A stretch of 64,000 bases of DNA, taken from the NCBI GenBank assembly GCA_051252135.1, contig JBPOGH010000002.1:192001-256000 (forward strand), written 5' to 3'. A model generated the notes under the pieces. That model was not told the origin of the DNA, did no database searches, and saw nothing but the letters and a program-made list of their open reading frames with translations. The position numbers were made by a program, and so were the translations under genes. Position 1 is the stretch's first letter; each line of letters opens with the position of its first letter. The stretch is from Verrucomicrobiaceae bacterium. GTDB lineage: Bacteria > Verrucomicrobiota > Verrucomicrobiia > Verrucomicrobiales > Akkermansiaceae. Positions 29,579-38,223 of this stretch are shown in pieces.

Positions 29579-29727
29579 AGAGAGCCCGGAAGAGTCGGTA
29601 AAAGGACGGGATCAAAGAACTCAGGGCAAATTGTGTCGCATTCGTCACATTTCAGCTTTTGTTGCTTGTCGTCTTTGTGTCTAAATCGAATTCCGCCGCA
29701 GTAATACGGCTTTTACAAACACGAAAA

Positions 29728-30912
29728 ATGAACAAATTGATCCAAACGATTGGCGCAGGTCTTGCGGCAACAACGGTATCCGCCCTCGCAGGTGATCTTA
29801 GCATCCCGGCTCCCGCACCCGCTCCCAGCAATGGAGGTGACTGGTGTGACACCCTTGAAGATCTCGGTAAGCTCTACAAGGACAAGAAGAATCCCTTCAT
29901 CCAGGAGGTCAAGGTCTTCGGTCGGGCCCAATACCAGTTCGGTTATACCGACGGGACTTACAACGGTCGCGACTTTTCCGGAGACGGTGGTGAGATGCGT
30001 CGTTTGCGCATTGGTTCATCGGTGAAGTTCCTTGATGGATTCACTCTTCTTGGGCGTGCAAACCTTGAGAAAGGTGGCTTCCGCGATGATAGCTTCGGCT
30101 ACGGCGGCATGGATGAACTTTATCTGGATTACGATTTCGGTGATGTGGCCGGATTCGAAGATGTCACTGTTGGATACGGTCGTTACAAGATTGCGATTGG
30201 CGGCGAGGAGCACGAATCTTCCAAGAAGATCAAGACTGTTGAGCGCTCCAATTTGGCAAACCTTTTTGCGCCCAGCCGTTCCACCGGTGTGATGATCAGT
30301 GCGGAACGCAACAAAGTGGATTACACCCTTGGTATTTTCAGCACGGACAACTCCAGCGCTCTGGGTAACTGGGACGAAGGCAACGCCATTTACGCGAGCG
30401 TTGATTTCAAGGCAGGTGGCGGAGACGTGATCCTCGACTTCCTTTACAATGATGCCGATGCCGCTGATGAGGATAGTTTCAACAGCGTTGAGTGGGTTGC
30501 TTCCGCGACTTACGAGACCGAGATTGGCAACTGGGACCTGATGACCAGTGCAACCTACGGGGAGCTTTCCCGTGCCGGTGGTTATAATGCCTACGGCATC
30601 GTGATCATGCCCTCGACTTTCCTCATTGAGGACAAGCTGGAGGCGGTCTTCCGTTACCAGTGGGGTCACGCCAGTGATGGCAACGGTTTCCAGATCAACA
30701 GCCGGAACGTGCGCAATGTTGCGAGCAGAGAAGTTCCCGGAGTGGGAGTGGGTCGTGGTGATGACAACCACACCTTCTACGCCGGCCTCAACTACTACCT
30801 TTGCGACCACAACGCGAAGGTCATGACGGGTGTTGAGTATGAGACCCTCGACGGCACTGCTGTCGACCTGGAAGCCACCACCCTTTGGGCGGCTTTCCGG
30901 ATGTATTTCTAA
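29728..30912 (+). CDS. Outer-membrane porin, OprO/OprP phosphate-selective family
   Basis: Signal peptide, RRLRIG and SS.....ERS motifs, beta-strand pattern, C-terminal Phe; directly upstream of pstS. Confidence 0.85.
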   Translation: MNKLIQTIGAGLAATTVSALAGDLSIPAPAPAPSNGGDWCDTLEDLGKLYKDKKNPFIQEVKVFGRAQYQFGYTDGTYNGRDFSGDGGEMRRLRIGSSVKFLDGFTLLGRANLEKGGFRDDSFGYGGMDELYLDYDFGDVAGFEDVTVGYGRYKIAIGGEEHESSKKIKTVERSNLANLFAPSRSTGVMISAERNKVDYTLGIFSTDNSSALGNWDEGNAIYASVDFKAGGGDVILDFLYNDADAADEDSFNSVEWVASATYETEIGNWDLMTSATYGELSRAGGYNAYGIVIMPSTFLIEDKLEAVFRYQWGHASDGNGFQINSRNVRNVASREVPGVGVGRGDDNHTFYAGLNYYLCDHNAKVMTGVEYETLDGTAVDLEATTLWAAFRMYF

Positions 30913-30941
30913 GACGAGCAAGAATCGTCTTTTTCATCATG

Positions 30942-30977
30942 GCAGGTATTCCCGGAAGGGGATGCCTGCTTTTTTTT
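30942..30977 (+). terminator. Intrinsic terminator after the porin gene
   Basis: 12-bp stem GCAGGTATTCCC/GGGGATGCCTGC (2 GU pairs), GGAA loop, T8. Confidence 0.85.
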
Positions 30978-30987
30978 GCTGAATCGA

Positions 30988-31008
30988 TTGTGACGAAACC
31001 GTGACACA
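30988..31008 (-). promoter_or_regulatory. PHO-box-like direct repeat upstream of pstS, inverted orientation
   Basis: GTGAC at 30990 and 31001 (11-bp period); minus strand reads TGTGTCACGGTTTCGTCACAA. Confidence 0.55.
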
Positions 31009-31087
31009 TCATCGGTATCCGCGGCGTGGAATCCGGCTATTGTTCGGTCGTTGCCACCGATTATCAGGCGACTGAACAAAAACCAAA

Positions 31088-31903
31088 ATGACCATGAAAT
31101 ACACTGCGTTGATTGCCCTCGGAATGACTCTCGCCGGTCCTGCACTGGCTCAAGAAAAGATCGTCATGAAGGGTTCCGATACCCTGGGTGCCAAGATGGT
31201 GCCCCAGCTTAAAGAAGCTTTTCTCGCCGCCGGCAACAAGGCTGACTTTGAGATCGCTGCCGAAGGTTCCTCCCAGGCATTTACCAACCTTCTTGCGGGC
31301 ACTTGCAACATCGGGATGTCCAGCCGGGACGTGAAGGATTCCGAGAAGGACAGCTTCACGGCAAAGGGCCAGTCACTGGTAGAGCATGTGGCCGCCTGGG
31401 ACATGATCGCGGTGGTGGTGAACAAGGGGAACGGAGTTCGCAATCTCAGCCTGAAGCAGGTGGAGGGAATTTTCACGGGAGACATCACCGACTGGAGTGA
31501 AGTGGGTGGGAAGCCGGGGAAAATTTCCGCTTACACGCGCAATACCGCGTCCGGGACCTACAAGACGTTTCAGGAGCTGGCGATGAGCAAGCGCGACTAC
31601 GGTTCGGATACCCAGAAGATGGCCGGGAACGAGCAGATTGCCACCGAGGTGGCTGGAAACGTGAACGGAATCGGGTATGTCGGACTTGCCTATTCGGAGA
31701 AGGATGGTCTTCGTGCGGTGAAGGTTGAGGGAGAGGCGCCCAAGCCCCGCAACAAGGCCGATTACCCTCTTTCCCGGAAGCTTTACTACTACACCGTGGG
31801 TGAGCCCACCGCTTCAGCGAAAGCGTTTATCGACTGGGCCATCGGTTCCAAGGAGGCTGCAACGGTGATTGAGAAGGTGGGATTCATTCCTGTTGGCGAA
31901 TAG
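31088..31903 (+). CDS. pstS: Phosphate ABC transporter substrate-binding protein
   Basis: GSDT, GSS, GMSSR, ITDWSEVGG, R...SGT..TF, IGYVG, YPLSR.LY. Confidence 0.95.
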   Translation: MTMKYTALIALGMTLAGPALAQEKIVMKGSDTLGAKMVPQLKEAFLAAGNKADFEIAAEGSSQAFTNLLAGTCNIGMSSRDVKDSEKDSFTAKGQSLVEHVAAWDMIAVVVNKGNGVRNLSLKQVEGIFTGDITDWSEVGGKPGKISAYTRNTASGTYKTFQELAMSKRDYGSDTQKMAGNEQIATEVAGNVNGIGYVGLAYSEKDGLRAVKVEGEAPKPRNKADYPLSRKLYYYTVGEPTASAKAFIDWAIGSKEAATVIEKVGFIPVGE

Positions 31904-31932
31904 GTTACGGGATTGTTACAATACTGTCACAC
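31902..31932 (+). promoter_or_regulatory. PHO box (three 11-bp-period repeats) upstream of pstC
   Basis: GTTAC 31904, GTTAC 31915, GTCAC 31926; TTGTTACAATACTGTCAC resembles the PhoB consensus CTGTCAT-N4-CTGTCAY. Confidence 0.7.
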
Positions 31933-31934
31933 AG

Positions 31935-31965
31935 GGTGCATTTCCCATTGGGAGGTGCATCTTTT
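31935..31965 (+). terminator. Stem-loop/terminator between pstS and pstC
   Basis: GGTGCATTTCCC-ATT-GGGAGGTGCATC followed by TTTT. Confidence 0.55.
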
Positions 31966-32003
31966 AGTGTTCACCCAGTTCGAGAAGGCGAGCGAATATT
32001 TTC

Positions 32004-33929
32004 ATGGCGAAACATTTTCAGAAGAAGGGTCGGCGCATTCTCGGCCGGGATCTTCAGGATTGGATTAAGGGTTTTTTTGGGACCAACGCCGCCCTATCGA
32101 TCGTGATCCTGGGCCTGATCTGTTTTTACCTCATTCGTGAGGCCATCATGTTCTTCCCCTCGCATCATGAGGAGATGACGCTCTACCGGCAGACGGGGCA
32201 GGAGTATGTCGGCTACATTATTGACGAGGTGGATGGTCACACCGAGATCATCAGTCTCACCAATCAGGCCTACTTTCAGGAGCTGGATGAGGCCTACGCG
32301 GTGGAGCGGGGGATCAGCGATAGCTTTGATGCGCTTCTTGATCCTTTGGAGGATGATGGGGAGGACCTGATTGATGCCTGGGATGAGGCTTTAGGGGATC
32401 TTGAGGATGCGCAGGATGAGGGGGACGCGGGAGTGCTTGCGGAAGCGCAGGAGGCGGAAAAGAAGGCGGCGTTCGCCTGGAAAAACTTTGTCAGTGAGCG
32501 GCTTTCATCCGTGAAGCGGAGTGAGATTGATACCTACAACCGATTGGATGACGAGGCGTGGTCGGGGCTTTTGGGGAGCATGCCGGAATGGGATCCGCTG
32601 GAAGGTGATCCGACGGCTTTTGTGCAAGCCGCCCGTGACCGGATGGATGAGGGGATGGCTGAATTTCGGGAGGCCAAGGATGCGGTGGTTGCGTCAGGGC
32701 GGGATTTAAAAGCGCTGCAGAACCGGCTCGTTAAAATTGCGTCGGAGATCAAGAAAGACGCGGTGGCGGATCAGTCCGCGGCGGCGCGGAAGGAGGCTCT
32801 TGAGCAGGGGATCCAAATAAGCACTGATGAGGAAAAGAAAGCGGAGCTTCAGAAGCAGCTCGATGAGATCGTGATTCTGGAGGAGTTTCCGTTTGCGGAG
32901 CGGACCCTGCCACTCGAGGCCTCAAAGGACGAGCACCGGGAAATTGCTTCCGCGACCCGGGAGAATCTTGAGATGGCGGTTGCGAAACTCCCGAGCAAAT
33001 TTGCCTCGGCTCCTGCGGCTGCCTTGATTGAGCGGGTTCGGGAAAAGACGCCGGGTTATTTGGAAACCTTGGAAGACAATGTTGAGGATGCTAGCCAATG
33101 GCAGTGGGATGAGGAGGTGAGTCACGTGTACTCGGCGGTGGCCTTTTTCTTTGGGAAGGATTGGGTGACGAACAGTTCGTGGCACGACTTTTACGGGCTT
33201 CTTCCGTTGTTTACCGGGTCGGCATTGATTTCACTGATTGCGCTCGCGGTGGCCGTTCCGTTTTCGGTGGGGGCTGCGATCTACGTCAACCGGCTTGCGA
33301 CCCGATGGGAGCAAAACATCATCAAGCCGGTGATTGAAATGGTGCAGGCGATTCCTTCGGTGGTGCTCGGGATTTTTGGAATTTTGGTTCTGGGGGAATA
33401 TTTGAGGGACGTGAGCCAGTGGCCGGGCTTGTCCTGGATTCCCGGTTTTCCGATGCAGGAGCGCCTGAATATTTTGAACGCCGGTTTACTGCTGGCGTTG
33501 ATGGCGGTGCCGACGATTTTCACCCTCTGCGAGGATGCGTTGAATAATGTGCCCAGTGCCTTTTCCGAAGCCTCCCTCGCTCTGGGGGCATCGAAGCTTC
33601 AAACGGTGATGAAGGTCATTCTTCCTACCGCCTCCTCGGGAATTCTGGCAGCAATCCTTCTGGGTCTGGGTCGGGTGATCGGGGAGACCATGGTGGTGCT
33701 TTTGGTGGCCGGAAATAAGATCGCGATGCCGGACTTTGGCGCGGGGTTGGGAGTGATTACGCAGCCGACGCATACGATGACCGGCATCATAGCCCAAGAG
33801 ATGGGCGAGGTTGCCGCCGATACTCTTCACTGGCGCGCGCTCTTCCTTGTGGGGCTCGTTCTTTTTACCATTTCCCTGTGCATTAACGTCGCGGCACAGC
33901 GCATCATCCGTCGTCTCAGTCATGTCTGA
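32004..33929 (+). CDS. pstC: Phosphate ABC transporter permease PstC with large extracytoplasmic insertion
   Basis: C-terminal [35 protein letters not shown]; 641 aa. Confidence 0.93.
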   Translation: MAKHFQKKGRRILGRDLQDWIKGFFGTNAALSIVILGLICFYLIREAIMFFPSHHEEMTLYRQTGQEYVGYIIDEVDGHTEIISLTNQAYFQELDEAYAVERGISDSFDALLDPLEDDGEDLIDAWDEALGDLEDAQDEGDAGVLAEAQEAEKKAAFAWKNFVSERLSSVKRSEIDTYNRLDDEAWSGLLGSMPEWDPLEGDPTAFVQAARDRMDEGMAEFREAKDAVVASGRDLKALQNRLVKIASEIKKDAVADQSAAARKEALEQGIQISTDEEKKAELQKQLDEIVILEEFPFAERTLPLEASKDEHREIASATRENLEMAVAKLPSKFASAPAAALIERVREKTPGYLETLEDNVEDASQWQWDEEVSHVYSAVAFFFGKDWVTNSSWHDFYGLLPLFTGSALISLIALAVAVPFSVGAAIYVNRLATRWEQNIIKPVIEMVQAIPSVVLGIFGILVLGEYLRDVSQWPGLSWIPGFPMQERLNILNAGLLLALMAVPTIFTLCEDALNNVPSAFSEASLALGASKLQTVMKVILPTASSGILAAILLGLGRVIGETMVVLLVAGNKIAMPDFGAGLGVITQPTHTMTGIIAQEMGEVAADTLHWRALFLVGLVLFTISLCINVAAQRIIRRLSHV

Positions 33930-35091
33930 AGAACTCCATCATCCCCAGGGGAATCCCTTTGTGGCGAAGTCTCCGGCGCGTCGTCGCAAGGACCTCGCTG
34001 CCTCCGTTATTTTTGCGGTAGCGACCTACATTCTTTTGGTGGTGGCAGCAGGGATCTTTCTGAAGATTGCGAGTGCGGGAGCGCCTGTTCTTTTTGCCTC
34101 CGATGACTCCGTCATCAATTGGGATTTTCTGACCAAGAATCCCGAGACTCTTGTTGTTTTTGAAAATGAGGCGGGCGAGAAGATCAGGATGGATCAGTCC
34201 GAGTTCACGGTGTGGAAGGAGGAAAACCCTGAAGCCGAGGTGCGCAATGAAAAGACCCATGCCTACACGGGAGGGGGAATTCTTGGGCCACTTGTGGGGA
34301 CGGCGCTTCTGGTGGTGACTTGCATGGTGGTGGCTCTGATCGTCGGGATTTCTGCGGCGGTGTTTCTCAACGAGTATGCGCGGAAGGGGCGCCTGATGAA
34401 TGCGATCCGGTTGGCGATTATGAATCTCGCGGGGGTGCCGTCGGTGGTCTTTGGGCTTTTTGGATTTGCGCTTTTCTGTCTCAGCGATTGGTGGCCTGCG
34501 TTGACTTATACGATCAATGAGGAGCGGACGTTGGGGTATTTTGCGATTCCGCTTACCGATGGTTACCTGAGTTTTCAGGGATGGGGGTCGGGGTCCTCGC
34601 TGATTGCGGGCGGGCTCACCTTGGCGGTGATGGTGTTGCCGGTGATCATTGCGGCTTGTGAGGAATCCCTTAAGGCGGTGCCGAAGGGCTTTCGTGAAGC
34701 GTCCCTCGCGTTGGGAGCGACCCGGTGGCAGTGTATCCGGACGGCGGTGCTGCCCTATGCCTCGCCCGGCATTTTGACGGCCTCGATTCTCGGAGTGACC
34801 CGGGTGGCGGGGGAGACGGCACCGATCATGTTTACCGCGGCGGTGGCTGATAAGGCCAAGCTTCCCTGGCAGGAGGCCGACGGGAACGGCATCTTCTGGA
34901 TCAGTGATCTGATGCAGCAATCGGTGCAGGCCTTGCCGTATCACATCTACACCTTTGCCCGTCTTCCAAACACCGAGGAGACTGCGGCGATGCAGAATGG
35001 CACGGTATTTGTTTTTCTCCTTCTTGTTACCGGCTTCGCCGGGCTTTCCATCTTTCTCCGCGTCCTCTTCCGCTCCAAGCTGAAGTGGTGA
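33922..35091 (+). CDS. pstA: Phosphate ABC transporter permease PstA
   Basis: [48 protein letters not shown] overlaps the end of pstC. Confidence 0.95.
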   Translation: MSEELHHPQGNPFVAKSPARRRKDLAASVIFAVATYILLVVAAGIFLKIASAGAPVLFASDDSVINWDFLTKNPETLVVFENEAGEKIRMDQSEFTVWKEENPEAEVRNEKTHAYTGGGILGPLVGTALLVVTCMVVALIVGISAAVFLNEYARKGRLMNAIRLAIMNLAGVPSVVFGLFGFALFCLSDWWPALTYTINEERTLGYFAIPLTDGYLSFQGWGSGSSLIAGGLTLAVMVLPVIIAACEESLKAVPKGFREASLALGATRWQCIRTAVLPYASPGILTASILGVTRVAGETAPIMFTAAVADKAKLPWQEADGNGIFWISDLMQQSVQALPYHIYTFARLPNTEETAAMQNGTVFVFLLLVTGFAGLSIFLRVLFRSKLKW

Positions 35092-35113
35092 TCCTATCAA
35101 TTTATCACAGCCC

Positions 35114-35929
35114 ATGACCGACTCTCCCGAAACCCTCGATTCCCAGGATGCGACTGCGCCTGAAGATGGATCGATCATTACGATCGACGATCTCAGCTTT
35201 AGCTACGATCTGGGAAAGACGAATACCCTTCGCAATATTTCCCTCGATATTCCGGCCGGAAAAGTGACGGCGTTTATCGGGCCTTCGGGGTGCGGCAAGT
35301 CGACCCTGCTCCGTTGTCTCAACCGGATGAACGATCTCGTTGATACGGCCAAAGTGACGAACGGATCGATCAGTATTTTGGGGCAGGACATTCATGCGCC
35401 TGATGTGGAGGCGATCGAGCTTCGGAAGCACGTGGGAATGGTCTTCCAGAAATACAATCCTTTCCCCAAATCGATCTACGAGAACGTGGCTTACGGTCTG
35501 CGGGTGCAGGGGATTAAGAAGAAGTCGGTGCTGGATCAGGCGGTGGAAGAGTCGCTGCAGAAGTCGGCCCTATGGTCGGAAGTGAAGGATCGCCTGAATA
35601 CGAGTGCTCTGGGGCTATCCGGAGGTCAGCAGCAGCGCCTTTGCATCGCCCGGACGATCGCGGTGAAGCCCCAGATTGTTCTGATGGACGAGCCCTGCTC
35701 CGCTCTGGATCCGATTGCCACGGCACGGATTGAGGAATTGATTGCCGAGCTGCGCAAGGAGTTCACCATTGTGATCGTGACGCACAACATGCAGCAGGCG
35801 ACCCGCGTTTCCGACCGGACGGCCTTCTTTTATCTGGGTGAGCTCATCGAATATGACGGGACTGAGAAAATTTTCGGAAATCCTTCAAAAAAACAGACCG
35901 AGGACTACGTCAGCGGACGTTTTGGTTAA
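35114..35929 (+). CDS. pstB: Phosphate ABC transporter ATP-binding protein
   Basis: [47 protein letters not shown]. Confidence 0.97.
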   Translation: MTDSPETLDSQDATAPEDGSIITIDDLSFSYDLGKTNTLRNISLDIPAGKVTAFIGPSGCGKSTLLRCLNRMNDLVDTAKVTNGSISILGQDIHAPDVEAIELRKHVGMVFQKYNPFPKSIYENVAYGLRVQGIKKKSVLDQAVEESLQKSALWSEVKDRLNTSALGLSGGQQQRLCIARTIAVKPQIVLMDEPCSALDPIATARIEELIAELRKEFTIVIVTHNMQQATRVSDRTAFFYLGELIEYDGTEKIFGNPSKKQTEDYVSGRFG

Positions 35930-35944
35930 TAGCAACACACTGCC

Positions 35945-36610
35945 ATGAATTCCCACATTCTTAAAAACTACGACGACGATCTTCACCAGCTCAAGGACTC
36001 GGTGCTGGAAATGGGTGGAGCCGCGAGTCGCGGACTGGAGAAGGCGGTCCGGGGTCTGATTGAGGGAGATGCGGAAGCGTGCTCCGATGTCATCGACGAG
36101 GACGAGATCATTGATGCCCAGGAAAAGAAGATCGACGAACAGGGGATGTCCATTCTGCTGCGGTTCAATCCGGTAGCCTCCGATCTCAGGCTCGTGCTTT
36201 CTTCAATCAACATTTGCCGGAGCCTTGAGCGTATTGGTGATCATGCGGTGAATATTGCCAAACGGTCACGCAAGATTCTCAAGGGGAATGAGAGCAGTGA
36301 GGCACGCCTCATTGATCCGCTTTTCAAGGAAGCCCGTCACATCGTGACCTCGTCGCTGACGGCCTATGCTGATGTTGATCAGGAATTGGCGATGAAAGTG
36401 ATTGAGATGGATGCCAAGGTTGATGAAATTCATCGCTCGTTGAGCAAGAGTCTCAGCTCAAAGATCGCCGAGCAGGGCGGTGAGGACACGGAGGCACGTC
36501 TTAACATTCTTTTCATTTCCCGGAGCCTGGAACGGATTGGTGATCTGGCAGTGAACATTGCGGAAGATGTGGTTTTCATTACCTCGGCGGAGGATATCCG
36601 TCACACTTAG
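35945..36610 (+). CDS. phoU: Phosphate signalling protein PhoU
   Basis: PVASDLR and duplicated LERIGD..VNIA motifs. Confidence 0.95.
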   Translation: MNSHILKNYDDDLHQLKDSVLEMGGAASRGLEKAVRGLIEGDAEACSDVIDEDEIIDAQEKKIDEQGMSILLRFNPVASDLRLVLSSINICRSLERIGDHAVNIAKRSRKILKGNESSEARLIDPLFKEARHIVTSSLTAYADVDQELAMKVIEMDAKVDEIHRSLSKSLSSKIAEQGGEDTEARLNILFISRSLERIGDLAVNIAEDVVFITSAEDIRHT

Positions 36611-36715
36611 GAAGGATTACTCCCAGAGCGATGGGTGATTTGTTAATTTTTGCTTTTTTGTTGGAGGGGTGACTCCGATTTAGGCCCGGTAAATTGGGGG
36701 ATTCAACAGGAGAGC

Positions 36716-36744
36716 TTGACATTAATTAAGTTTTCTTAAATAAT
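36716..36744 (+). promoter_or_regulatory. Sigma70-type promoter of the PEP-CTERM gene
   Basis: TTGACA-17 nt-AATAAT. Confidence 0.6.
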
Positions 36745-36766
36745 GTGAACAAGTCACCGGAAGCAC

Positions 36767-37438
36767 ATGAATTTTCGCATCTCCCTTTCCATTGTCCTCC
36801 TCAGCCATTCTGTCCAGCTGGCCGGTGCTGATGTCGCCCTATCCAATTCCGGAATGGAGCGGGCTGCGGCATCCAATGGTGCTCCCACTTCTTCCAACCA
36901 GTCATCTCCCGACGGTTGGCTCTCGACCCAGATTGCGGGTTGGAGCGTTTCGTCGACTGACGGTTATTCTCCTGCGGAAGGGGCTGATTTTTGGCTTGGG
37001 TCTGTTAGCAGCACCGACACGAGCGATATTTCCAATAGCATCACGGGGTTGGAAGCGGGCCAAACATACCTTTTGGAGTTCAGTGCGGCTTCGATCGCGG
37101 CGGGGGTCGATATCAGCGGGAACACGACGAACTCCGAAGTTCCGCAGGTGGCTTTCATTTTGACGGACCAGTCGGATTTTACCGGTGGGGTGACGGTCTT
37201 TGAATCTCTGTCGGGCGGATCGGGATTGGCGAGCCCGAACTGGGAGTCTTTTTCGTATCAGTTCACTGCTGCTCCCGGGCAGGACACGGCGTATCTCCTT
37301 TTTGGAGCACCGGATCTGGCTCCAGGTTCCTCCGGCCTTTTTGCGGTGGATAATGTGAGCGTGACTCCGGTTCCCGAGCCGGGTTCTGCGGTGTTGTCCT
37401 TCCTTGCGGTTGTGCTTCTGGGTCGCCGTCGTCGATAG
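36767..37438 (+). CDS. PEP-CTERM sorting domain protein with CBM/DUF642-like beta-sandwich body
   Basis: Signal peptide; GQTY.L.F, W....Y.FTA, VDNVSV; C-terminal PVPEPG-hydrophobic-RRRR. Confidence 0.9.
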   Translation: MNFRISLSIVLLSHSVQLAGADVALSNSGMERAAASNGAPTSSNQSSPDGWLSTQIAGWSVSSTDGYSPAEGADFWLGSVSSTDTSDISNSITGLEAGQTYLLEFSAASIAAGVDISGNTTNSEVPQVAFILTDQSDFTGGVTVFESLSGGSGLASPNWESFSYQFTAAPGQDTAYLLFGAPDLAPGSSGLFAVDNVSVTPVPEPGSAVLSFLAVVLLGRRRR

Positions 37439-37499
37439 GGGTTCTCCCTTTGGCGTCTCCAATTGCTCCGGGCTGGATCGCAGTGCCGGAGTTTTTTGT

Positions 37500-38213
37500 T
37501 TATTGTTCGAATTGGAATGGCAGTGGAAGAAATCCCATTCCGCGAATTGCCGATCCGGTGTTGTGGTAGGTGATGGAGTTTCTTTGATGTCCGGTGAAGG
37601 GGACATGGGTGTGTCCGAAGTAGCAGTTTTCGATGTTGCCTGCTTCCTGCGGAAGAATCTCGTGAAGGTAGCGTTCCACCCGGGCAATGGTGGGATTCCT
37701 TTGAAAGTAGAGGTGATGGAACAGCATTCCCAGACCGGTGGAATCGACTCCTTTGTAGAGGAGTTTGCTGATTGTTCCTTTTTGGGAATCGTTGTTCCAG
37801 GCTTCGCGGTATGGGCCCAGCTTCGAAGCTGACATTCCCCAATTCGCGCAGTCTCCGTGGAGGAAGATGGAGGAGTCGAGTTGGAAAAAATATGGATGGA
37901 TCCGCAACCGGTTGACCTTGTTTGCGAGTCGCAGGAGGTTTTTGTGATGGCGCTTCTGGCAATCGTGATTGCCGAGGATGTAGTTGATTTGGGTTTCCGG
38001 AAACCGCTCGAGAAGGGTTTCCAGCCAGGTGAAGGCCGAGTGCAGGGTGGCCTCTTCATCACCTACTTCACTCCAGCGGAAATCAAAGGTGTCTCCGTTG
38101 AGGACGAGGAGGTCGGTGTTTGCGATCTCTTTGGCGAGGTCTTCGATGAGCTCGTGACCCTGTGACCGACCTGCGAAGAGGTGGAGATCGGAGATGACGA
38201 GGCCATTTTTCAA
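37500..38213 (-). CDS. Calcineurin-like metallophosphoesterase (LpxH-like)
   Basis: SDLH, GDTFD, GNHD, HGD, GHTH motifs. Confidence 0.88.
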   Translation of the reverse strand: MKNGLVISDLHLFAGRSQGHELIEDLAKEIANTDLLVLNGDTFDFRWSEVGDEEATLHSAFTWLETLLERFPETQINYILGNHDCQKRHHKNLLRLANKVNRLRIHPYFFQLDSSIFLHGDCANWGMSASKLGPYREAWNNDSQKGTISKLLYKGVDSTGLGMLFHHLYFQRNPTIARVERYLHEILPQEAGNIENCYFGHTHVPFTGHQRNSITYHNTGSAIRGMGFLPLPFQFEQ

Positions 38214-38223
38214 GGGCGTGGTG

